DNA of 64,000 bases from the NCBI RefSeq assembly GCF_003704095.1, contig NW_020844494.1, positions 186,001-250,000 of the forward strand, given 5' to 3'. Within the stretch, counting starts at the first letter, position 1. Each line of letters starts with the position of its first letter. Positions 42,402-54,200 of the stretch are shown here, one piece after another. The DNA is from Pocillopora damicornis (taxonomy: Eukaryota). The notes below the pieces were generated by a model. It was not told the origin of the DNA. It made no database searches and worked only from the letters and a program-made list of their open reading frames with translations. A program made the position numbers and the translations under genes.

Positions 42402-43924
42402 ACAAGGAACATTTTCAGCCTGCTACACGTCAAATACACAAGGATACTGATGAACTCAATGGAATTTTTTACTATATTTTTTTTATTTTGAAATCTGAAA
42501 GAAGGGATGCCGCCTTTGTTCCCAGTAATGTTTGACAGGATGTTTTAACAACCGCAACAGGAAACCCGGAAGTCAACAATAATTAGCTTCAGCCAAAACG
42601 ACGACATGCATTGAGAGACACTCGTGCTATTGTGAAACTTAATTTTTTGCTTAAACGCAATTTTACAATGATTTCTGCAGTGAACGAATATTGCAATATT
42701 TAAAATGATAGTTGCAGAGATTTCATGTTTATACCCGCTAACCGGTCTATTCGGACAAGATTAATTTGCCTTGCAATAATTCAGTCAGTAATGAGGTCAT
42801 TGATAATTATATCAATATTTAAAAGGGTAACGAGCAAATTTTGGTTCTTGTAGAAATGAGCCACTTGGATGCTTTTTTCTATTAACATGTCATGCTTCAG
42901 TAATGTTTATTGATTCAATTTTTATTTGCTACCCTTGCTATATGTTTTACCCGCCCAGAGCTAAACTGTAATCTTATTGTTTACAAAAGATAAAAGTTGA
43001 AGTGGCCTTTGATGAGGGCAAATCTTTAAAGAACAACAAATAATGTTATCAGAAATGCACATACGATAAAAGAGACACATTAAGTTTTAAATGACAACTG
43101 TATAGTACGAATGTAAAATTGTATGACAAACTTTGACCGACAATGTATTCTTCAGCGAGCTGATGGGTTGCCAGGTTTCAGCTTGTAAAGCAAAATTATT
43201 TATATAAACGGGAATAAAGTTTTGTGGAGCTATGTAAAAACCTGTTTAAGACTATTGAGGAGAAACAGTTACTGAAGCTTGGTGTACCAAGTCGAGGTCA
43301 AAACCAGGACAGGAGCAACACAAGCACAAGGACCTGCTCAGTCGCATGCTAAACAAGCAGCCATGGTGAGAATTTGAAGCCTACGTAACACGTTGTATGG
43401 AAAAGAAAATAACCTATTCTCTTCATAAAGCGAAGCAAGCGCTTGTCACGAGAGGTGCGTTAGTTTTATGATTCTAACGATTCCTCGAGTAAATTAATGC
43501 CGCAACGCTTTATGCTTTCAGCGAGTGAATGGGTTAACAACCTTCGCCCTTCTCCGCGAGACTTGAATCTGGGACACTTAAGCATAGCTCAATGACAAAT
43601 TTTTCATTGCTTGAATGGCACTCCTCGTAGCCTCATAAATTTTAATAGCGTTCGCCCAAAACATTGAAAAAAAATTCCAATCCTTCAGCTGCAATATAGG
43701 TTTCCCCTGGTAAACAACATTTACAGTAAAGCATGAAAATAGCAGTGCTGATAATTTGCAAGAATAATAATCTTAATACTAGTAATAACAAAATGAATCT
43801 ATTGGCTCAATTGGCCACCAGATTAAACCATGCTCTACAGAATGCAAAGGTGGCTTGAGGTCGGCTGTTTTTGAATTTTCTTCTACGAACGCATACTTCC
43901 CAGCATCCCGTCAATCTGAATAAC

Positions 43925-43990
43925 CGCTGACTGTCAGCTGTGTCTGGGTGTTCTTCTCCAAGTAGCCTCCGTCTAATGTAAAGCGCGTAA
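43925..43990 (-). pseudogene. Isolated TPR-repeat fragment (kinesin light chain/NPHP3-type)
   Basis: ALYIRRRLLGEEHPDTADS motif with no flanking repeats or plausible gene context. Confidence 0.55.
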
Positions 43991-44370
43991 ATGAACATGC
44001 ACTCTACTGGTGGAAATGAAAATGGTTGATTTTGAGCTTGGTGGCTAAAACGAAAAACGACGCATTTGTCTCTAACAGACGCACTTGGAGACTTTCAAAC
44101 AAAATCATGTTGTCGAGGACCATCCCTTCAGTTTTTGTCTATGTTTACTCAGCTTCTTTTGAGTTTTCTTGTTTTATTTTGGGAAAGTGAACCTCCTAGA
44201 CACATGGGGCGGGAAAGCCACAATGAAACAAAATCTACACCTCTCAACAACTCGATACCTAAACCAACACCTTTATTTTTTAATTATTTTCTTACAAGCA
44301 AGTCCATCGATACTTTGATTGAGTTTTTTTCCCCAAGAATCCCAACACCACCGATATTACTTGAAGTAAA

Positions 44371-44816
44371 CTAGTGATTAGCCTTTTTCTGACAAAGAAT
44401 CACAGGGGCATCTTTGGCGTGCCGTGAAACGTCAAGACTGCAATAAACATCATTCCATCTTCCTTTCGCGGAACCTGTTCCCCACATATGACCACATTTC
44501 TCTGAGAGCGAATTTGGTTCACGTGTAAACCAAGCATTGTAGCCAGTTAGTAGAGTGTCATCTGCCCAGTAGAACTTATTGTCTGCCTTACGATGGAGAC
44601 CAAGCCATACACCAAATAGGGTTACTTTTTTCTGCTTGAGGAGGAGCCCGAAGATGAACTGATTCTCTGCGCTCGATGTGATCTTTACGAGATCTCCGCC
44701 GAACCTTTGGCAGTTTCGTCTGGCGTCTTTCCATTCCAAGGTTGTAGTGTCGATGATGAGGAAACAGGAATTTCCATGGCGCACCCAACCGTCTGGACAG
44801 GCCGACCCTCTCTGGT
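44371..44816 (-). CDS. C-type lectin domain, terminal exon (EPN/WND, mannose/glucose-type); upstream exons probably in or beyond the gap
   Basis: Acceptor ttccctcttcttag, then SACPDGWVRHGNSCF...WKDARRNC...WLGL...WFTREPNSLSEKCG...GRWNDVYC...ILCQK. Confidence 0.88.
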
Positions 44817-45034
44817 CTAAGAAGAGGGAAGCGGTAAATTACTGTTAATAGACAGAAAAGTCACACATCTGTAGATCTTCGATCAGGTGTGCTTGTAGGT
44901 GAAGCTAGTAGGGGAGGGAAAAAGTCAGGGAACACTCAGGGGCGCTGTGACTTTCGGGCATTCGAAAGTAATTTAGTTGAAAAAGTTTAACTGTCACTGT
45001 AAATTTTGATAATTTCTGGTGGTCAATCTGTGTT

Positions 45035-45133
45035 NNNNNNNNNNNNNNNNNNNNNNNNNNNNNNNNNNNNNNNNNNNNNNNNNNNNNNNNNNNNNNNNNN
45101 NNNNNNNNNNNNNNNNNNNNNNNNNNNNNNNNN
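45035..45133. other. Assembly gap
   Basis: Run of Ns. Confidence 0.95.
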
Positions 45134-45577
45134 NCCCCCCTGTTACTGACCTACTAGTTTCTGCCTTTCTCAAAAAGGATTTTGTCCGAGCGACGAAATA
45201 TCTCCAAAAGTTTAAAAATTATTATACAATTTTTGTACCAAAGACAATAATTTTTCCACAAGGTTAGTCTCTGGGTCATGACAGTGTCTATATTTTTCTA
45301 CGTGTATTTATAAAGGAGTCGTTCAACCTATTTCCCGATGTCATTTAAAGAAAAAAATTGCGTACTTGAAATATAGCACATTAAGTTTTGACGATATGGC
45401 ATGAGAAAACAAGTGACAGAATGATCGTCATATGTTACAATTAATTGCAATGAGAGGTGAATTGTTCGTGGTGCTGTCAATTCCTGTCGCGATTTGATAA
45501 ACACCATGCGCGGCTTTGATTTTGACATCTCAGAAGTGAAGAAGGCAGAAGGTATGGATGGAAGACCAAATCTTCAG

Positions 45578-45886
45578 CTTATCAGTCCCCTAAATTTTAT
45601 TCTTACCACAATGAATACAAAAGGTTTGCTGGCAGATTTATTTAAAAAAAAAAACCAAACAAAACAAAACAAAACATGTTAACACACAACAGAAACTAAT
45701 ATTAAGTACACCCCCTAATAGACTATGATGAGTGTTCTCCTTCTCCTCTTATCAGTCACCCTAAATTTTATTCTAGCCACAATAGATAAAATAGGTTTGT
45801 CGCAGATTTATTTTTAAAAAATATTAACACACAACAGAAACTACGATTAAGTATACTCCCTAATTGATTATGATGAGTGCTCTCCT
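45578..45886. repeat. Diverged tandem duplication of ~140-165 bp
   Basis: CTTATCAGTC...AAATTTTATTCT...TTAACACACAACAGAAACTA...TATGATGAGTG occurs at 45578-45741 and 45748-45886. Confidence 0.85.
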
Positions 45887-46088
45887 TAAACCTCTTGTTG
45901 ACTCAGAGGTGATACGTCACAGGTGGGGAGGGGGGAAATATTCTATCTCAGCGCCTCGGGGGGGCTAGATGGGCCATTAGTGACAGAACCGAAATTTACC
46001 CACTCGAAGGATTTCGTTTCATAAATTTGGTTTAAAAATGCCTATTTCATTTTACGAAGCAGCAAAGCTTTCAAACGAAGAATTGTAA

Positions 46089-46328
46089 GCCTTCTTAGCA
46101 TCCGAAGCACGTTCAGTGTTGGTGGAAAGCTGGGTCTTAGAGGACGCAGCAACAGAACAGCTCATGAAGCATTTCTTCAAACACCTGGACAGTGAAGGAA
46201 GTGCCAATGAATCTCTTCACCACGACAGGAAGTGACTGAGAAACAACGGCTTTACTAACACCTTCCAATGGGCTCCGTTTATGCTGATGGGAGATAACTT
46301 CAACTTTGATTTTGAGAAATTGAGTTAA
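46089..46328 (+). pseudogene. CHAT-domain C-terminal fragment (TTC28-like TPR-CHAT family) with an in-frame stop
   Basis: AFLASEARSVLVESWVLEDAATEQLMKHFFKHL...SANESLHHDRK*LRNNGFTNTFQWAPFMLMGDNFNFDF; the TGA is at 46233-46235. Confidence 0.8.
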
Positions 46329-47396
46329 TTAAACATCTTTTCAGTGATTATACATAAATACCACTACCTAACTGGCCTTGTTCATGTTACTGAGTAGTGA
46401 TGTATTTCTTTTTATCCGTGAAATTTTTGGAAGACGTTTGATACTTTATCTAATGGTCTACTATGCAATTAGGAAATATTGTAATGGTTTGTTAACTAAT
46501 CTTAATTGACAATGGTTCAGAGTTGCTTCTGTATGCTAGATATTTCATACATATTTGACCACTGCGCTTTACAGGTGAAACTTTTCACCACTCATAACAA
46601 ATACTCAACATCTTTGTATGTTTTTGTTTCAGGAAAGAAAAGCCAACTACAATGGAAAAGAATGAGGGAGACAAGGAAGAGAGTGATAACTAACTCTTTC
46701 ATGAAGATTCCTCTCCTCTTCAATTGTCTTGAACAAGAAACTTTTGGTATTTAGCACAGACATTTTTAAGTCTGGTAGCTGTTTTTGCATGCAGAGGGTA
46801 GCGCTGAAGGGCATTACTTACTTATTAGTTTATCAGGTATACGAATGAGAGACCACAATGACCATGGTTGGATAAATTGAACACAGGAAATCAGATGAGT
46901 TTTTTAAGAAGTGTTAATTGAACCATTCTTTGGGGCCACTCTCTGAGATGTCACATGATGCCATCCATTAGCATGGACCCCTCTTTGAGGGGTTTGACCA
47001 CACCTCAGTCCCCCTGGATCTGCAAAGCTGTTATTAGCAAAGATCAAAGAAAACTAACAAAGTCACCAACGTCATGAGCTTATCAGTTATCTCTCCATAC
47101 AGACTTCTTAATTTTATTAATGAACTGCATTGCAAAAATTACATAACTCCATATCAAATATTTACAAATACAATAATAAGTTAAGTTCAAAAGTCTTTTG
47201 TATGCAGTGTAAAATATTGATAAAACTTTACTTTAGTGATAAATTTGACAATATTAGATACAATGTAAAATATCAACTCAGCTTTGTTTTTTAAATTGGT
47301 TAGTTTTTGTTTTTGCTGGATTCTTTTCCTCTGTACAGACCAAAAAGATGATTTTCTTCCTCATGAATCTGATGATGTTGTCAGTAAACAGATATT

Positions 47397-50300
47397 TTAA
47401 TTTCCTAGTAATGACCGTACTGGAGACACCAAGGCACTGAAATACAAATGGTAAACTTCAATATGATAAGCATACTCAAAGCAACCCTTAGGGCTTAAAG
47501 ATATTAATATCAATGAAAGAATGGCTGATTTTTCTGTTGTGGGGGAATTAAACATAAGTTACAGAAAGACAGAAGGAAGGTTTTTACTTATTCAAGGTTA
47601 TAACATTCCAATAATTTCCACAAAAATATTCTTGGACTGAAATTGTTTCAAAACTATATAAAAATTATCATTTAACCATGGCCTTTCTTAATTTTGTTTT
47701 TCTCAGAAATATAATTTTGCATGTACTCCATGACTGTCCATAACTTTCCAGATTTTCCATGATGTAAGGAAACCCAGAACAAACTCACATAAGTGATGAA
47801 GAAGTCTTTTTTCTGTTCTGGAGAGACAACTAAGTTTACTACTACAACATCTTAAGTAAAATTAAAGAGAGGGGAAATACAATCAGATTTTTGTACTTGA
47901 ATACTTTTTGAAGTCCTGAAGTGGGCTGCTCACTATCTGTCAAAGGAATGAAATTTTTTACATAGGTTGTTTGCATAGTATGTTTCAAATTAATAATCTA
48001 AATAACATTGGAGAGAAGAGGGATGCAGCTTACCATTTGTTGCACTGGCTAGATGGATTCACCAGTTTACAACTGAATAAAAACAACCCTGGATCTTATC
48101 TCTAAAAATATATGAAAAATTCAACTCTATTTTTAACCACAATGGAAAATTTGGCTTCTTATATTTTCCAAACTTAACATTTATTTAAGAAAGAAAATGA
48201 GTGATTTAGCTGACAATTCTGTTAATTGCAAGATGCCTAAGTTATTTAAATCTTTTTTTCTTTAAAATGTTCAGTTTATGTAACATACCTTCAGTTTGCT
48301 TATCATCTTTACTTGCCAAATTTTGAAGTCTGAGAAACTCCTTCAGTTCCTTCTCTTCAACATCATGACGGTTTTTCTGTCCATACTCAGTGACTGAAAT
48401 TAAAAAGCCTTCAGGTGATGCCTGTGAAATCACTGGATGCCTGGAAATTTTCCACAAAGTTTGTCTAGATGCATTGTGTAATTCACAAGGTGAAATTTAC
48501 TACTAGTGTTTACTCTATAAGCTGCACAAATAGAAAGATAGACTGATCTGGAAGAAGAGAAACAACAAAGAAGTCCTGATGAGTCAGATGTACAGTAAAG
48601 AATATAGCTTTGTTGCCTTTTCCTTTGTGGTTCCATAGCTTTCACCAATTGTCTTAAGATAACAGGCTTGAGAGGTCACAGGTCAGAGTTCTCACGAGTG
48701 TTTTTCCAAACCTCTGACAAAAATGAGTTCAAACTTCTCTTTATCTTTTGTCTAAGATTCTCAATACTAAGAATAACCAGAAAATGCGAGATATCAAAAA
48801 TCCTGAAGTTACATACCAATTCTCTCTTTGCTACCACTTGGCTGTAAAAATAATGAAAACATCTGGTTTGAATACATAGGTAATTGTCATGAACAAGTCC
48901 CTGTAAAAAACCTCTAAGCTAACTAATGGCAAACATAAAAAAATTTAAAATATGACAAAAAAAAATTGAAAAATTTTTTAGTCTTATTCCTCCAAAAGCT
49001 TTAACCCTTTACACCTTAACATCAGTATGCATATTCTCCATACTATTCCCTGAGCATTTCTGTCAAGACTATCCAGGAGAATTTGTTCAACAATAAAGAG
49101 CTTCTTAGATTAGTGATCATTTTCATTTTTAATGGTACCTTAGTGTTTGATTCAAGGGTAATATTGTGAGGAGAAATTAGATGCCAGTCACTCTTAGGGA
49201 TCTAAGGGTTAAGTTATGCATGTACAATGCACTTACTACTGAAGTCTGATTGACATGCTCTTCCTGTTCTTGAGCTCTGTCTAAAAGACAACAATCACAG
49301 ACACACAAGAATATGATATTTATATAGGACTCTCCAATCTTCATCCTGTTCACTATGATGCACCTCAGCCATGAAATCTTGAACATAAGGTGCACCTCAG
49401 TTATCCAACACCATAAAAGAATATTAAAAATCCAAAGAGAGTTGCTACATTTAAAACAAAACTTAACACATTTTTACTCAAGAAATATTTACATTAGTCT
49501 TTACTCTTAATATTTTCCAAATATTTATAATGTTCAAAACTGCCTTTAACATGTCAGCTAGGACTAAAGATTTTCTTATTTATTCTATAATTTATATTTG
49601 TGGCAACTGCATTGAGGTCAAATGTGCCCTCAATAAGAACTTATATATTATTATTAATACCATAAATATATTTAAAGAATTGATCACATCCAATTGGTTT
49701 AGTATACCTGTCTGTACAATTTGTCCCTGGTTTTTTTGTTTCTCTTCCACATAAAATGTAAGGGAATACTTATGAGCCTCTAGGAAATGGCCATGCTGAG
49801 AAAATACCAGTCTTTCTCTTGTTTCCCAGTAGTTTTTATCTATAAGCTTTGGGTTAAGTTGGTTTTGCAACAAATGTTTCATCGGAAAAGGACATGACAA
49901 TGACTCTTCACAATTGTCCCCTACTATTATTTCATCTTTGAAAAACAATGGCAAGATTTCTATGTAAGCCCATATTTTCTTTTTGCATACAGTTCTTTGA
50001 TAAATTCAAATGATTTGAAAACAATAAATTATCTTTAGGACTTAGGCTTTGTTTTAGAATAGTATCAGATTGGACATAAATCTTTCCATAACATCCATTA
50101 ATACTACCCACAATATAATATTCCCATCAGCAATTGTAAATTGTCAGTTCAATTTAATTGCATTAATTGAGTAGGTGGACATTTTCAGCATCAAATATGA
50201 TCATGACAAAGGCTTCTGTTTGTCATTATTAAATAAAATCCGTAAAAAAAAAAAATGGTAAAAGACAGTGTTATTTTAAGCCTCTTCCTAGGGGCACATC

Positions 50301-51115
50301 TTAATCCCTTATTGCTATCTTCTTCCTGGGTTCTCTCTCTCAGACTTACGAAATGTTATATGTTTAGTTTTGTAGCAATTAACCCTTTAACCTCCAAGAT
50401 CTAAAAGTCAATTCTCCCCTCCAGCTACAACATATTTCCTTTTAAATTGGTTACAAGAATTTGGTGTTGGATCAAGACAACAACTTCCTCTTGATATGTT
50501 TGAGTATTTTCATTACCTGCTTGCTGGGCAATGTATAGATATTGCAGGGAGAGGTCGGATGTTAATCACTTGTGGGTTACTGTGTTAAAAATTAATAATT
50601 ACTGATTGCTAATGCAGTGTATTTACTGTTGAAAGGATACATGGATAGACGACAAAATTATCTGTTTGCACTGGTATAAGATCGTATGTGTTCAATATGG
50701 CACAAACAACTCTCTGAGGAGAAGGAGTTAAAATTACGCATAATGATTACTTGAAATCAGACAGTCTGTAGTAAGGATTCCAAGAGGTTTTTCAAATTTA
50801 AATGGACTCTGACGTAGGTCCGACCAAAATGAACTCACCTCTAGATCTTTATTGTTTTTGTCTTCTAAAAACAACCGTCGAATACTCTCTCTGTTTGGGA
50901 ATTTAAAAATAGAGACGCTTTGGTAATTTATTGGAGAAAAATAACAGCAATAACAACATGTACATAGCAGCGACATCAAACATGTGAAAACCAATCGCGT
51001 AAAATTACCTGTCAGAAGATTGTCTACAAGTCACCTTAATCTTATAGACTATATTTTGGTATACTACGAGTCGAATGTCTGGTTTTTTGTCAAAATTAAA
51101 AGGCTGTAACGGCAT
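47397..51115 (-). CDS. MAJIN: Membrane-anchored junction protein (meiotic telomere TERB1-TERB2-MAJIN complex)
   Basis: Exons 51009-51115, 50839-50890, 50641-50713 and 49708-49839 give MPLQPFNFDKKPDIRLVVYQNIVYKIKV...DLERVVCAILNTYDLIPVQTDNFVVYPYKNYWETRERLVF...YSLTFYVE, matching the recalled MAJIN N-terminal domain (MSLKPF...VYKFKI...FIVFPYKSKWE...TLYVE). The 3' exons (~49237-49280, ~48817-48841, ~48289-48393, 47897-47936, 47397-47436) are less certain. Confidence 0.82.
49001..49212. mobile_element. piggyBac-like MITE, intact, with TTAA at both ends
   Basis: TTAA|CCCTT...AAGGG|TTAA. Sister copies lie at 53746-53957, ~61515-61728 and ~61951-62153. Confidence 0.75.
49840..50640 (-). other. U12-type (minor spliceosome) GT-AG intron in MAJIN
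   Basis: 5' splice site GTATCCTTTC; branch-like ACTTAAC about 13 nt before the 3' AG; no polypyrimidine tract; splicing restores the conserved YP-YK..W. Confidence 0.75.
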
Positions 51116-51250
51116 TTTCTAGTCAGTCACTTGGCTGAGTCACTTAGCCTGGCTTGACTCTCCCGCCATTTCGTGTGAAAGCGCACCTTACACCAGCCTC
51201 GATTTGATTAGCCGAGGAAGACTAAGGCGACTGCAAGTGCCACAGTGAAG

Positions 51251-54200
51251 ATGGAGGATTTCTTAGCCACGGTACGATCCATTTCTGCCGATAAAGATTA
51301 CGTCCAACTTGCAGATTATTTAAACAGATCTAATGATTTATTAGCCAAGTATGCAGGCCAGATTGATGCTGCGATTGCATCACTTGATCCTGATCAGCAT
51401 TCATTGGCATTCATGGCTCTATTGTGAGTATCTCGTTCAATGTTCCTGTTTGTTTTTCTGTCATAATGATCGGCTTCCGTTTTTATTTTCTGTTTTAACT
51501 GCTTGTTCTTTTTTTGTCCTGATTATTGCTTAGGTTGGTGAAACTATCCTTACCAAATTATGGAGACTTTGAGTTGTTATTCAGTCAGATTCAGCAGTTC
51601 ATAACAATTTGCTCAAAGGAACAAATCCAATTTGCTGGGGATAAGTGTAAGTCGTTGTCAAACTATTCAGTCTGGGTCGTTTTGTTTGTTTGTTTGTTTT
51701 TTTCCAATAACATTTTCATATTTGTGGTTTACAGTTGCTCACCTGTGTCATTTCATAACGCATTGCTTAGTGGATCTCAAGCAGGTAAGATATTATTTTA
51801 AAGCTCTTTACTATGCATTAGAGATTACCCAAGGAATATAATTAGGCTAAATCGATGGCCTGAGGAGTTCTTCATTCAGACAGGAACATTTTTCCCCGAA
51901 TGAACTTTTTAAAATAGACTCACTTAAGAAGGTGGGTTTTCAGATATTTTTTTTATTATTATTATCTAGGTGGTTAGCTTAAAAAGGGATGAAAAGAACC
52001 TAATGTTATTAATAGTATAGGGACAAATTGCTTACCATTGTTTTGTTTCAGCCAATGAGAGGGATAAGAATGATGTGTATTGCAATAAAAAAGGCACAGC
52101 AGTCCCCTACACAACTGACTTCAATTCATTCAGATCTTGCACAGGTGAGATTTCTTGTTGAAAAAATGTTCACTTTACGGCAGGTTAAAGCTCTATTTTG
52201 CAACCCTGTTTTGATCATGTTTTCATGTTGCACTTAGACTGTCATGATTGTATCAAACATCAGAAATCAGATATTATTTCTTTTGTTCTCTTGACAGCTT
52301 TGTTTACTTGCCAAGTGTTTAAAGCCAGCCCTCCCCTTTCTGGATACAGATATAACAGACATTCACAAAGAGGTAGACCATTATGTCCATGAGTGATCAA
52401 GAGAGAATTTCTCGTTACGATATCAATTCAATATCAAGCAGACACATGATGAGAATAAAGAAAAACATCAATTAGGAGATGACTGGTTGATCCAATACCA
52501 AATTCTCAAAAACTAACAAAAAGAGAACTGTATAGCAGACAGCAATGAGAGTTGACAATGGAATCTAGGGAGTGAAAGGGTTAAATATTTTATGTTTGAG
52601 TTCGAGTTTATTCTAGCTAATGCTGTTGATGAACCAGATCAATATCAATATCTGGGCAACTTCCCACCTACCCCTTCCCTAACCCAACATTAACCCTAAC
52701 TTGTTATCAATTGACTGTTTTTGGGTTAGGGGAGGAGTAGGTGGGCAGTTGCTTAGATACTGATATTGATCCGATGAACCTACAAGTGCAATTTAAAGTG
52801 ACTTCAAGGCTTTTAGGCAATAGAACCCCTCTTTCATGATTCACAGTTAACAAATGGGTACATAGTTTTCTGTGTGTGTTTTGTTCTTCACTGCAGGGTG
52901 GGAAGTATGATGCAAAGGCATTACTCAGTTATTGTTATTATGGTGGAATGATTTACACAGCTCTGAAAAAATTTGAAAAAGCTTTGTACTTTTATGAAGT
53001 GGTGAGTAATCTTAAATGCTGTGAACATGTTTAATGAGATAGAAAATTATGTTTTAATCTTGTAGACAAGGTATTTCTATATCTCTATCCCATTTCCGTA
53101 GATGGTGATTTGTGCATGTAAAGTATTATTTTTTTATGTTGTTCATTTTGTATCTGTTGTACTGAGATCCCCTTAGACTTTTGGTACCTCAAATAAAATT
53201 TTACTTGATTAATTTAAGGTATCCATAATAATTGCTTTCTTTAAGTATTAAAATGTAGTAACACTTGCTTGTGTAATAGGAAAGTAATGTTCCTTATCAG
53301 GAGGTAAATAACCAAAAAATAAGCCTTTAGAAAGAACAATAAACTAAATATCATTTTATATGTTAGAAATGTTAGAAAGCCTCTTTGTGACTTTATAAAC
53401 TTAAGAAATATACTGAATGGTTGTCACACATGTCAAATTAGGTGGCAGATTGAATTGCCAGAGGTCTGTTTTCCAAATCAATAATTTCCTAACTCTTAAC
53501 TTACATTTTATGTTCTTCAGGCAGTCACCTGTCCAGCTGTTGATGTTAGTCATATAATGTTGGAATCATACAAAAAGTTCATCCTAGTTTCTCTCATTCT
53601 TCATGGAAAGGTGAGACTGATATCACTAATGTTTGTGCTTTGTTAGTTCACAGATGTTTTGCCCCATTGCAATTTCCCCTGATCAATTTCCCCCATCAGT
53701 TGCCACAGATTTTCACCACAGTCTCCTTTACCAGATTGTGTTCTTTTAGCCCTTTACAGCCTAAAATCAGTATGTATATTCTCCATACTGTTCGCTATAC
53801 ATTTCCTGAGGTTCTGACAAGGAGACTTTGTTCAACAATCTAGAGCTTCTTTAGTTGGTGATGATTTATTTTATTCTCATGATCCTAATGAATGATTCAG
53901 CAGTATTAATTTAGGGAGAAATTAGATGTGGGTCACTCTTAGGGTTTAAAGGGTTAAGAGAAGAGGGGAATAATAATGGTCTTAGTAAATTTCCAAACAT
54001 GTGCAATTCATCTAAAAGGTAACACATTCTGCCTCTGAGGAAATTAGTTGAAAGATTCCAAGACAAATTTGTGAAGGTGGAAGTAACCTTGCTGTAGCTG
54101 ATGGGATAAATGTGTCAATATGAGGCAAACTAGTAGTAGAGAAGAATTTGCAATGGGTTGAAACTTCCTGATACTGCTATGAATAATTACTAAAGCTTTT

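Noticed and set aside
46233-46235. In-frame TGA in the CHAT fragment as selenocysteine or readthrough
   Set aside because: It corresponds to a Trp (TGG>TGA) in the family, other conserved residues are degraded, and the fragment has no 5' part.
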